This document shows, piece by piece, positions 39,266 through 52,469 of a stretch of 64,000 nt of DNA. Positions within the stretch are counted from its first letter, which is position 1. Every line of letters begins with the position of its first letter. The position numbers and the translations under genes were made by a program. This DNA comes from Octopus vulgaris (Eukaryota), in contig OX597833.1 in NCBI GenBank assembly GCA_951406725.2, positions 29,016,001 through 29,080,000 of the forward strand, read 5' to 3'. The notes below the pieces were generated by a model. The model saw only the letters and a program-made list of their open reading frames with translations. It had not been told where the DNA came from and searched no databases.

Positions 39266-39520
39266 TACCTCTGGATATCCTTGTTGCTTATTTTGTGGCA
39301 CATAAAAAGCACCATCCGTTGCCAGCCCCGCCTGTCCCCCGTGCTGGTGGCACGTAAAAAGCTCTCACTACACTCATGGAGTGGTTGGCGTTAGGAAGGG
39401 CATCCAGCCGTAGAAACATTTGCCAGATCAGACTGGGCCTGGTGCAGCCTTCTGGCTTCCCAGACCCCAGTTGAACCGTCCAACCCATGCTAGCATGGAA
39501 AGCGGACGCTAAACGATGAT

Positions 39521-39554
<34 letters not shown>

Positions 39555-40359
39555 TACACACATACAAACATATGTACAAGTGTGTGTGTGAGTGCATATA
39601 TATGTCTATATGTGTAATGTGCATGTGCGTAATCTTTTCTTTGTCAATGATTTCTTCTAATTATTTTTCTTCTAATTTTTCTCTTAATTTTCTCTCACTT
39701 CTCTCCCTGAATTCGTTCAATTTTTTTTTTTTAACTTTTAATTTTTCTTTCTCTGTTCCTTTTATATACTTTACATTCATCTCCATCACATTCTTCTTAC
39801 TCTGCCATGTGCCTCACCAATTTTCTTCCCTTGTTGAACTATATTTTTTATACATTAGCATTGTATTGAACCCTCTTCTTCTCTTTCTCATAACTTTCTT
39901 CCTCATTACAGCATCTCACACCCACACCTTTATGTACACTTCTGTCATCTACCCCCCACACACACATTTCTCTTGCTTTCCCATTTACCTCACACTCACT
40001 CCCTCTCCCACTTCCTTCCATGCTTTCCTTACACATTTTAAAATTACCCACGCTCACTAATGCCTACATACCCTTCAACCTCTGCCACTATACTCTCATT
40101 ATTGCTCACTTCTGTGCATACACATGCCATGATACCACATACACATGACTCCTCCCCCCCTTATACTATCTCAAAATGTGGATACTCTCCTATATGTGCT
40201 CCTTCTCTCTCACACACAGATGCACACACCTTCCTTCTACCCTTCTTACACCTCCCCAACAGATCTGCATTCCCACCTGTTCCCTAACCCCTCATTCACT
40301 GTTTTTTTTCTTAACCACTTTCCCTTCTTCATGCTTCTTTGCTACTCTTGTATTTCTCA

Positions 40360-41085
<726 letters not shown>

Positions 41086-41264
41086 ATCTATCAAACTCCT
41101 TATCACCTCCTATCATTTTCAACACCTGTATTTGCCATCATTCCCTACTCACTGTACACACCCTTGTGTATCCCAACATCTGCCTTTCCATTGCTCCTTC
41201 ACTTTGCGCATCATCCCACTACCTTATGATCTATCCTCTATCCTGAATTTCTGAGTGCTTAGAG

Positions 41265-41399
41265 GGAAACTGAAAAAAGCCTGTCGTATATATATGTATA
41301 TGTGTGTGTGTTTGTATTTGTCCCCCCACTGTCACTTGACAAGAATAAAAGAACAAGAGAATATATATAAAATACATATATATATATATATATATGTGT

Positions 41400-41450
<51 letters not shown>

Positions 41451-41920
41451 TGCAGGAGCTTTTCTTACTATAGCCTTGGGCTGACCAAAGCCTTGAGAGT
41501 GGATTTTGTAGATGGAAACTGAAAGAAGACGGTTGTATATGTGTGTGTATATTTGTATCTGTTTCCTCCACCACCATCGCTTGACAACCAATGTTGGTGT
41601 GTTTACATCCCCATAACTCAGCAGTTCAGCAAAAGAGACTGACAGAATGGGTACTACGCTCACAAAGAATAACTCCTGGGGTTGATTTGTTCGACTAAAC
41701 TCAGTGCTCCATCATGGCTGCAGTCAAATGACTGAAACAAGTAATAGAGTGAAGGAGCATAAATATCTGAATAAATATTCTTTTACTTGTTTCAGTCATT
41801 TAACTGAGGCCATACTGGAGCATCGCCTTTAGTTGGGCAAATTGACTCCAGGATTTATTGCTTGTAAGCCTAGTACTTATTCAGTCGGTCTCTTTTGCCA
41901 AACCGTTAATTTACAGGGAT
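41265..41920. mobile_element. Two SINE family B copies, tail to tail (+ ~41265-41755; - ~41783-41920)
   Basis: Tail gtgctccatcatggctgcagtcaaatgactgaaacaagta and its reverse complement. Confidence 0.7.
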
Positions 41921-42054
41921 CCAACACAGTCTGTGTTTGTTCCCTTCTAATTGTTGTTTCTCTTGCCTGCCTTCTATTGTCTATCTGTCCAAATGTTTTA
42001 TTGTGTTCTGTTGCGTTTTTGTTCCATTTCTATATTTATATATATATATGTGAA

Positions 42055-42352
42055 TGTGCATGGCTCAGTGGTTAGAGCGTCGAGCTTACAATCGTGGAGT
42101 TGTGAGTTCGATTCCTGGGTCTGGCTGTGTGCTGTGTTCTTGAGCAAAACACTTTATTTCATGTTGCTCCAGTTAACTCAGCTGTAGAAATGAGTTTGCC
42201 TTTCCTTTGAATAACATCAGTGGTGTGGAGAGGGGAGGCTGGCATGCATGGGTGGCTGCTAGCCTTCCATAAACAACCTTGCCCAGACTTGTACCTTGGA
42301 GGGTAACTTTCTAGGTGCAATCCCACGGTCATTCATGACCGAAGGGGTCTCC
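42055..42352 (+). mobile_element. tRNA-derived SINE (family D) with CORE-like block
   Basis: A box tggctcagtgg and B box gagttcgattcc, followed by gtgttcttgagcaaaacacttta; ends in (TA)n. Confidence 0.75.
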
Positions 42353-42887
42353 TATATATATATATATATATAAAAACTTGGAGAAGAGAAATAGAGAAAT
42401 AACGCATGCGTTCGGTCATATAGTAATATAATAAATAAATAAAATATATGCATATATACATACATATATGTACATACTTACATCTACATGTATATATACA
42501 TGCATACATATATATATATGAGTACAGGACACCACAAATATATTACTATATATATATAAATGTAGTTATTTATACATGTATATATATATAGATAGATAGA
42601 TATTTATACATATATATGTTTGTGTGTGTGTATATATACTTACATACAAGAGACCAAAGTGTGCGTACGCAGCTATATTATATATATAAAAAATACAAAA
42701 ATGGGACAAGAACACAAAACATCCAGACAGTTAGGTGAAACAAAAAACAAAAAAGGACGGATCATTCGAAGTTTTCTATCCTCAGTTGAGTTCCAGATTA
42801 TCTTTGCAATTTCAGCTGGTTATACCCAAAATTGCTCCAATCTCAAGTATAACCAGTTATAGTTATATATATGTATATGTTTATATA

Positions 42888-43330
42888 TCATCATCATCAT
42901 CATCATCATTTAGCGTCTGCTTTCCCTGCTAGCATGGGTTGGACGGTTCAACTGGGGTCTGGGAAGCCAGAAGGCTGCACCAGGCCCAGTCTGATCTGGC
43001 AGTGTTTCTACGGCTGGATGCCCTTCCTAACGCCAACCACTCCTTGAGTGTAGTGGGTGCTTTTTACGTGCCACCCGCACAGGTGCCAGACGGGGCTGGC
43101 AAACGGCCACGGACAGATGGTGCTTTTTACGTGCCACCAGCACGAGGGTCAGGCGAGGCTGGCAATGGCCACGAACGGATGGTGCTTTTTACGTGCCGGC
43201 ACGGAGGCCAGTCGGGGCGGCGCTGGCAATGGTCACGATCGGATGGTTCACTTACTTGTCACCGGCACTGGTATCACAGCTGCAATTTCCATTGATGTTG
43301 ATCGACTTCGATTTTGATTCTGCTTTCTGA
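42888..43330 (-). mobile_element. SINE family C copy with an expanded internal ~50-bp tandem unit
   Basis: Repeated ggtgctttttacgtgcc...ggctggcaatggccacg units at ~43055-43270; (GAT)n tail. Confidence 0.8.
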
Positions 43331-43362
43331 TATCTGATTTGATTTGATTATATATATATATA

Positions 43363-43657
43363 TGGCCCAGTGGTTAGGGCAGCGGACTCATGGTCGTACG
43401 ATCGCGGTTTCGATTCCCAGACCGGGCGTTGTGGGTGTTTATTGAGCGAAAACACCTAAAAGCTCCACGAGGCTCCGGCAGAGGGTGGTGATCCCTGCTG
43501 TACTCTTTCACCACTCTTTCTCCCACTCCTTCTTCTGTTGGCCTGCTCGCTTAGCCAGCGGGGTAGCGTCATTTGAAGGCTAAAACAATGCGAACACATT
43601 GTGACCAGCAATGTGTAACAACATCTGATGGTCTGGTCAGTCACGTGATCACGTGAT
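43363..43657 (+). mobile_element. Young tRNA-derived SINE (family E)
   Basis: A box tggcccagtgg, B box ggtttcgattccc, CpG-rich body, tail cacgtgatcacgtgat; flanked by TA runs. Confidence 0.75.
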
Positions 43658-43688
43658 ATATGTATGTGTATATATATATATATTTATA

Positions 43689-44148
43689 TATCAGGAGGCG
43701 TTCGATGCTTCCTAGGGCTATACAGCGGTGGTGTACCCCCTACTGTCACATTCTTGTTAGATTAACAGTATACAACCATTCTATCGCCCCACCACCGTAC
43801 ATGTCTCTACGAGAGATTTAGAAATTCAATATTTCTTATTTTGATAATCAGTGAATAAACTTCACTGAATATAGATATATAGAATTATGAAGCCGAGGCA
43901 AATATCACCGGCTGACCGGTGTCTGTACTCTAGGCTGATGAAAGACAACGATCCTGAAACACGGTGTCCCTAGATGCAGTTCCGGCAGCCGTGGGTGTTT
44001 GTCTCCCCTTCGTATATCTATATAAGGACACAGGGAAAAAATGTGTCAAAGCTATCAGGAGGCGTTTGATGCTTCCTAGGGCTATACAGCGGTGGTGTAC
44101 CCCCTACTGTCACGTTCTTGTTAGATTGACAATATACAACCATTCTAT
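43689..44148 (+). mobile_element. Retrozyme-like element: 364-bp monomer plus 96-bp terminal redundancy, carrying a type I hammerhead
   Basis: Direct repeats 43689-43784 and 44053-44148 (period 364, about 4 mismatches); hammerhead at 43929-43974; flanked by TA runs; no credible coding capacity. Confidence 0.75.
43929..43974 (+). ncRNA. Type I hammerhead ribozyme
   Basis: tctagg-CUGAUGA-aagacaacgatcct-GAAA-cacggtg-UC-cctaga. All core nucleotides present; predicted cleavage after C43968 (GUC). Stem I extends over 43869-44023. Confidence 0.8.
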
Positions 44149-44237
44149 ATATATATATATATGTTTATATGTTTATATATATGTTTATATATATGTATGT
44201 ATATATATATATATATATATATATGTTTATATATATG

Positions 44238-44281
<44 letters not shown>

Positions 44282-44350
44282 TATATATATGTTTATATAT
44301 ATGTATATATATATATATAGTTATATATATGTTTATATATATATATAAAT

Positions 44351-44395
<45 letters not shown>

Positions 44396-44466
44396 TGTTT
44401 ATATATATAGTTATAAATATGTTTATATATATATATATAGTTATATATATGTTTATATATATATAT
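44149..44466. repeat. TA-based minisatellite (tatatatgttta units)
   Basis: Directly visible. Confidence 0.95.
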
Positions 44467-44806
44467 TGATACAAATTGCAAGACAACAAAAAAATGAAAG
44501 AGACCTTGGTATTATGTAAATAGAAGAATTTATCTGTAATATAACACGTGACAATTTAAGTCATGTCTTACTTATTCCAGCTACAACGGAGAGAAAGAAA
44601 GATGACCGATGGTCACGTGGGGGCCACATGAGCAAAGGAGGAGCAGTAAATTAGGAGTGACTGAGTAATAGGATTGATTAGGGGGGAAGAGGAGATTAAA
44701 GAATAAGAGAGAGAAAAGAAAAAATAATAAGATCGTATAGAGTGCGCATTAAGATAAAACTTATTTGGAAGAGGATGCGTGGCATTCAATCATATAATAA
44801 TATAAA

Positions 44807-44853
<47 letters not shown>

Positions 44854-45067
44854 CATACATACATCTATGTACATACTTACATCTTTACATATATATATAT
44901 ACATATGTGGACACAGGATGTCATGAAACGTGTACAACAAGAAAGTATGAAGCATGAGTACATGGAGCATGAACTATTCTTTCGAACAACGAAAGACACA
45001 AATGGAAAACAAAACAAACAACATAAAGAACAGTCTTTCATCAGTTGTTGGCTGCTTTTCTAGTCTC

Positions 45068-45115
<48 letters not shown>

Positions 45116-45540
45116 ATATATATATACTCTTTTACTTGTTTCAGTCATTTGACTGTGGCATGCTGGGGCAACACCTTTTAATCAATTAAATCGACTCCAG
45201 GACTTATTCTTTGTAAGCTTATCGGTCTCTATTGCCGATATATATATATATATATATATATTATATTATTCGAAGGAATTCCAACTCTGTCTGTTTTTTA
45301 TGTTTTATTTATATTCTTTATAATATTAATGTAGAATATAGAATATATAGTATAAATAGTATATCTAGTAAAATGAAATGAAGTATTGATCGTCTTATTG
45401 AATAAATGAAATATTGAATATCAAATATTAAGGGACAAGTATGCTTTCTTGCATTTAAGCAGTCTTCAAGGTCCCAGGTTGTGACAGGAATGTTTCAACT
45501 GTATGTAACATGTCTGTATGTTTGTAATGATGTATGTATG

Positions 45541-45594
<54 letters not shown>

Positions 45595-45915
45595 TGTGTA
45601 TGTATAGTTCTATATATAATGTATGTATATAGTTATATGTACATTTATATATATGCTTAAAAGCACCAACCGATTGTGGCCGTTGCCAACCTCTCCTGGC
45701 ACATAAAAAGCACCCATTACACTCACGGAGTGGTTGGCGTTAGGATGAGCATCCAGCTGTAGAAACACTGCCAGATCAGACTGGAGCCTAGTGCAGCCTC
45801 CTGGCTTCCAAGACCCCGGTCAAACCATCCAACCCATGTTAGCATGGAAAACGGACATTAAATGATGATGACGATGATATATTCATATGTACATGAGCAT
45901 TTATGTGGGTGTCTG

Positions 45916-45964
<49 letters not shown>

Positions 45965-46359
45965 CATGCATATATACGTAACATGTCTGTATGTTTGTAA
46001 TGATGTATGTATGTGAATATATGTTACTTTTGTCTTTTACTTATTTCAGTCATTAGACTGTGGCTATGCTAGGGCACCACCTTGAAAGCTATATAGATAC
46101 ATTGGTACTGATACATTTCAAGTGAGCTGTATTGCAGTGTATTGCAGTGTTGTATCGTGTCCATGCCTCTCTAACAATACATGTATAGCTGTCTGCTATT
46201 ATAACTCGAATGTCTCCTAACTCATTCACTTCCTTCTTGGCAGCATGGTAATTGCTGCTCAATGGAGACAACACTGACTCTCTTTCTTGCTTTCATTCTC
46301 TTGCCAAATGGCACACTTCTCCTGTTACTACTGCCTCTTCCGTTGCTGCTGCTGTACCA

Positions 46360-46397
<38 letters not shown>

Positions 46398-46984
46398 CGA
46401 TACATACTCTATAACATTTTGCATCTATTTTCTGATGTTGCAGTTGTATTTCTGTTTGGTATTCACAAATTCTATTGAGCTAAAACACTTACCACTCACT
46501 CAATATGTTCCCTTTTCTGGCAAAAAAATGGGAAGCACATACATCAGCTCTCATTTTTACAATTTTTGGGGGGTGATAATTGCTATATGCTACTCTGAGG
46601 AATCCAAATACTTCATCTGCATTGATGTGAAACTGATCATAATTATAATAATTATTTCAAATTTTGGCACAATGCCAGCATTTTCTTTTTTCTGATTTTT
46701 GAGAAGTAGGGATAAGTCATTTTCATTGATTCTGAAAGACTGAAAGATAACGTCATGAAGTCAAGCCAATTTGTGATTTTGGGTCAATACTAGAAATCTT
46801 CATTACCAGTATTTGTAGAGTAATGAACAAAATGTATTGTCTTATTTGTTTGGCTCTTAACATTCTGAGTCCAATTGTGCCAGTTGAGTTCAGGGGGCAG
46901 TTTTATTATTGACTCTTTCTCATTCTCAAATTTCTAGTCTTGCGCCTATGTTGATGATGACGACATTGACAACACTATCAGGCC

Positions 46985-47525
46985 TTTCCTCCATAGGCAC
47001 AAGCCTGAAATTTTGGATAATGGGTCTAGTTGATTACATCAACCCCATTACTCAACAGGTACTTATTCAATCAACCTTGAAAGGATGAAAGGTAAAATTG
47101 ACTTTTAGTAGAATTTGAACTCAGAACATAAAGTTAGGAGAAATGCCACAAAGCATTTTATACAGCATGTTAATGATTCTGCCAGTTCATCGTAATAATA
47201 ACGGTGAGCTGGCAGAATCTTTAGCATGCCAGACAAAATGCTTATCAACATTTTTTCCAGCTTTATATTCTGAGTTCAAATTCCACCAGTTGACTTTGCC
47301 TTTTATCCTTTCAGGGGCAAGAAAACAAGTATCAGTCAAGCACTGGGGTTATTGTAATTAATTAGCCCCCTCTCCCTCAAAATTTCAGGCCTTGTACCTA
47401 CAGTAGAAAGAATTATTATTATTGTTGTTTTGGCAGTAAGCTGGCAGAATCATTAGCACACTAGGCAAAATGTATTTCGTCTGTCTTTATATTCTAAGCT
47501 CAAATTCAGCCAAGGTCAACTTTCT
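46985..47525. mobile_element. Head-to-head SINE family A cluster (- ~46985-47190; + ~47200-47420; + truncated ~47430-47525)
   Basis: Family A head and core motifs on both strands. Confidence 0.75.
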
Positions 47526-47544
47526 ACATAACTGTCAGTGGATT

Positions 47545-47965
47545 ACTCTCTCTAGGTTGTCATGTCTTGTATTCTTTCTGTGCCAGCATGCTACATTCAC
47601 TTACTATATGAGTAATGCTTTCCTCTTATGATTTGCATAACTTACATTGAGAATCTACTTCGTTTTTGTCTACCTTGGCTTTTATCCAATTAGTCCTTAA
47701 TACTTGATATTGTGCAGCTACTAACAAACTTTCTGTCTCCCTTTTCAGCATTTCTTTCTGCAACCATGTCTCACTACTACTATTTGCTGCAACTATCTTT
47801 GGGAATCTACCATGCAACATCTCCTACCAGTCAGATAATTTCTGTTCTTGTTTCTGGTTCTTAACTTCGTTTGGAGTTTTAGTTTCTTTATATCTTGCTG
47901 TGACTCTAGCAGCTTTTAATAAACTTTCTTCACTACTACCTACATAGGAGTCTATATCCACTGTC
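47545..47965 (-). pseudogene. Dong/R4-type non-LTR retrotransposon fragment (post-RT region and Zn knuckle)
   Basis: LHGRF...WLQKEMLKRETESLLVAAQYQVLRTNWIKAKVDK...CKLCKS*EESITHIVSECSMLAQKEYK. The clade assignment is from motif recall. Confidence 0.7.
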
Positions 47966-48829
47966 CATGCAGAGGCCTCTGGCTCCACTGCTCCTCACAT
48001 TTATCATCATCATCATCATCATCATCATTATTATAATGGATGGTTTACTTTGTACATGATGCAACATTCTTGATTTGAAGGATGAAGTGCATCAGGGACC
48101 ACTATTATTTACAGTTATGATGGAGGCACTGGCTTGAAGCATAAAGGAGTTTACTATGGGAATTGCTGTATGCAGATTATATGGTGTAAAGAGTAGATTA
48201 TGGATGATTAAATGGAAGGAATGTATGATGATAAATAATGGAAAAATGATGGTAATAGCAAATGGTAAAATTTGTAGTTAGGTACAAAGAGCAGAGAAGT
48301 CACCAGGTACGATTCACAAGGAAAAAATGGAGTTAATTATATTGAAGGTACAATATGTGATGGGTGTGTTCATCAAAAAGTAATACTGTGAGATGTTTAT
48401 TAATTAACATGGCTGCTACACTTACGTATAGCATCTGTATGTGGAGGGAGTTGTAGATAAGGGAAATTTTGAACCAGATTTTGAAAATGGTGTGAAGATA
48501 AAAGGTGTGGAAAGATTTTGTTATCTTGGACACATGTTGTATAGGAAAAGGGAATTTAGCAACAGTGCAAGAGTATGATATTATTCATGGAAGTAATTCT
48601 GAGAACCAAGGATTTGCTTATGAGGAAGTGAGTGTTGCTGAAGGGAAAGCTGCTTGGTGCATGTGTGTGAGTGAGACACAGGTAACAAATGTAGAGCACC
48701 AGAGACAGAGATGAAAAGAACAGAAATGAGAATGGTTCTAGTGAATAAGTGGAATATTGTTGTGAGTGAGAGGAAGACAAAAAGGGAATTACAAAAAAAT
48801 TATTACAAAAAAGAATAGAGCCAGAAATG

Positions 48830-49090
48830 AATGCTGTGAAAAGAAATGAGATGGCTGAGTCATGTACAGAGGAAGAGTAAAAGTGTCTGGGTGAGAGTAG
48901 TGATAGAAACGAACATAGAAAGAATTAGAGGGAAGGTAAAACCTAGGAAGACATGGCTGAAGATAATGGAAGGGGAAATGATGGCAAGAAGGATTGTGAG
49001 TGTGGATGTAAAGAATAGGGCAAAATTGAGAAGAAAATCATGGGACATGCCAGGATAACCACTAAGTTTGCTTGGAAAATGGTTTTAAAA
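48830..49090 (+). pseudogene. RTE LINE C-terminal / 3' end fragment
   Basis: MRWLSHVQRK...WVRVVIE...RGKVKPRKTW. Confidence 0.65.
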
Positions 49091-51290
49091 CACCTGTTGA
49101 TTTGTGTACAATATATATGTGTACAATATACTTTGTGTAAAATAGTACATTAGCATTTGTTAAAATATTGTTGGCCCAAATAATGTTGAGCAGTATCACA
49201 TAAGGGCTACTGTAAGAAAATAGTTGCCATGCCTGCTATAAAGTATCTTATAGACAACTAAGACTACACAATGTTTTATGTCAGGTAGTACGGGAAGATG
49301 GATGCTATAAACTGGAACATTTGTACGTTGTTGCAGCAACTGCCCATCTCTTAACTGTTATGCTACATGCATAAATACCTGCTGTCCTAGTAACTTACAT
49401 TTGAGGTTGAGTGGATAAGGTATTGGTCTATTAATTTAGTAGGATTTGAGTTCAAATTTATGGCAGGTTTAAGATATTTTGTTTTTATTGAATTGACCTG
49501 GAAAAAAAGTGCCTAAGGCCTTTACAATTACTCTTAAAATGGTAAAATTGACATTAATTCTCTTCTTAAACGGTTCATGGAAAAATGTACTGGAAGGAAT
49601 TCCAGAGAACTGAAGTGATTAATGAGGCCTAAGAGATGGTCATTGTATTGGGGTTGTGTATTAGAGCAACACATTTAATTTTACATTGCTTCAGTTCAGT
49701 TAACTGTTTAGAACAAATCATATGGGAATGAGCTGCTTTTTTCATCATCTACTCAACAGCCCCATTAAAACCCTTTAGAACCTTTAATTTTTGTAAATTC
49801 ACATTCTGCTTACCCTGAAACCCTCAAACTTTTTGCACACCCAGTAATCCAAATCCATCCTTGCAATAGCCCACATAATCTCAGTAGTTGATAAACTGTT
49901 CTCTCTCTCCCCTTGGTAACTTACATACATATGTGCTCCTTCTTGTCACTGCATTGTAAAACATGTATACAGGTGCTGCCATGGCAATAATAATATCTAT
50001 ATGACATCTTTGTCTATTCAGTGCTGAAATATTGATTTCCATATGTATTAAATGTTATGTAGTTGTATGACATCTTCAACTGAGTTCCTTATAGAATATA
50101 AATAGATATAAAACTAATGTTGTTTACCAAGAGAGTGCTCTAGTCTTTGATATCTTGATAGTTGAATGCCTACATGGCTAACAAAATTGCCTCACACTCT
50201 TGAAACACTGGTTGTGATCCCACTATGTCTTACCAACCATAGCCTTGTGACATGGCAAGCCTTGCAAGTGAAATTGATTAGACAGATATTGTATGGAAGC
50301 ACCCTTATCATGCGCTATGTTATTCTGATTTTGCACAGTGGTTACATTAAGGATACAAATGTGTTTAGAATACTCTATAATTCAGTAAATAGTGCTAATG
50401 ATGAAAGAACTGGAATCCTCATTGTTGAAGCATTTAAACTTCAACACCAACATTATATTATGTTCCATCATCACTCCTAATCACTAAAATTATTTAAGAG
50501 CAATGCTACAAATACATTCCTCTGGAGATTTGATTCATTCAAATTGCTATTTGTTATGTCATTCCTCATGGATTGGCGAGTGTGTGTATGGGTGTACATC
50601 ATTTGTATTGGTTGATGGTTCTTTAGAACCCAATTGTTGAAGCAATAGCTTTATAATGCCGACATTCCCCTTCTCAAGTGACATCACTTCCTCTGTTCCA
50701 GAATCTGTCTTTACTAGCAAATAGGGATTTCAATGAAAGTTAACTGTCTAAAATGAGTTATTCATATGATGCTAATTTTTCAAGAATTTTTAAGAGGTGG
50801 AAGATTTCCCAGTGTTTAGACCTTCACAAAATTTTAATCAGTCAAATCAGTTAATCTCTGATTATGAAAAGATGTTTTGTTCCTAGATGTGTACATAGTA
50901 CCAATCTGGATTCAAGCTGAAAACCTTTAATTTTAAAATAAGAGCAATAACATTCTTATCTGCATGACCACTGGCAGATGTATTCAGCAATTTATGTATA
51001 TGGTTTGTAAATAAGTCTGTTATTAGTTACAGTTTAGGTACAAAGTGTTTCAGTTTAAATCCAGTCTGATTTGATGTACATATCTAGGCATATGACATCA
51101 ATTAAAGTTTAGTGTACACAAATTACATTAATAGTCTGAAAAACCTATAATTTTGTCTATAAAAGATGTGTAAAATTTTTGACAAATAACAAAGAAATAT
51201 TAAATATTCTTTGAAACTTAATCTAGGATGAACAAAATCCAGTATCTCAAGTTTGAAGTTAATATATACATTTACATTTTTATATTGTAA

Positions 51291-52203
51291 CTAGCAGTAT
51301 CGCCCGGCGTTGCTCGGGTTTGTAAGGGAAATAACTATATAAGCATTTTTAGTGAGTTATAGCAAAAAAATAGCAAAAAATGCATTAAAAATGGAATAAA
51401 AAATTATGGTAATTTTTTTTTTAAATCGTTGACTCATCGTAGACATTTTTAGAGAGTTACTTCCCTTATATAATAGCGAAAAATGCATTAAAATGGAATA
51501 AAAAATGATGGTAATTTTTTTTTAAATCGTAGACTCATCGTAGACGCGCGCTAATACCCAGAAGGGCTCGATATGAATCACGACTATAAGATACCCGGTT
51601 TTGGTTACACTGCACCGCAAAATGTGGGAGTAGTTAGGAATCTAAATCGTAGGAGACAGACACACAACCTTACTTTTATATATAAAGATTTGTGCAACAA
51701 CTAAAACATTCTGTTGTGCAAATTGTTTGCACAGGAAACCTGCCCTGTGTGGCAGTAATTGCCATTTTTGTGGATCTGTTTCAGCTTCTTTAGTGATTTC
51801 TGTTTTGGCGACTTCAAGCCATGAAGTCGTTGTTCTAAAAGAATGCTGGTCTCCTTGACAACGCATTACGACGTTGATTTCCTTACACTCCCTTCCCCAC
51901 AGCTTCACGAGGGAGGGAAGAAGGGGGAGAAGCAACACAAGTGCAGGTGTGAGCGTGGACGCCAACTCCGCTGCCATCGACACACGAAAAAATATGCATT
52001 AAAATGGAATAAAAAATGATGTTGAATTATTTTTTAAATCGTAGACTCATCGTAGACGCGCGCTAATACCCAGACGAGCTCGATATGAATCACGACTATA
52101 AGATACCGAATTTGGTTAAACTGCACCGCAAAATGTGGGAGTAGTTAGGAATCTAAATCGAAGGGGACAGACACTCACACAACTACAGTTTTATATATAT
52201 AGA
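51291..52203 (-). mobile_element. Composite non-autonomous Helitron (913 bp)
   Basis: 5' TC at 52203 after A; 3' hairpin cccgagcaacgccggg followed by CTAG (51291-51294) before T; a second internal 5' end at 51688. Confidence 0.88.
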
Positions 52204-52469
52204 TTATATATATTTACAACATATTATCTCTCTGTTGAATGAAACAAGGGAACAGTTACTAACTGAATACCTGTATTTTATTGAATTATTATTATTATTA
52301 TCATTATTAAACTCCATCAATACTTGGCAGCTGTCCTCAAGCAGCTGTAGTGTAAAGATTAAAACTACTCACAGCCGTATTTGCAAATTCATACTGTCTT
52401 TTTATTCTTGTATTTGGAAAATGTCTGTCTTCTACATTTCACCTTTTTTTGTTAGAGCAAAAATTCCTA

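Larger units (their letters stand above)
38125..39285. mobile_element. Penelope-like inverted pLTR structure: ~240-265-bp inverted arms (38221-38460 / 39022-39285), each with a hammerhead core
   Basis: The arms are near-identical reverse complements, with a ~25-nt indel. Type I hammerhead cores at 38240-38302 (-) and 39178-39265 (+). Confidence 0.7.

Noticed and set aside
42760-42830. GAAA...CTGAGGA (minus strand) as a permuted hammerhead
   Set aside because: Stem I does not form convincingly.
42055-43430. tRNA genes at the heads of 42055 and 43363
   Set aside because: A and B boxes are present, but there is no closed acceptor stem and each continues into a SINE body.
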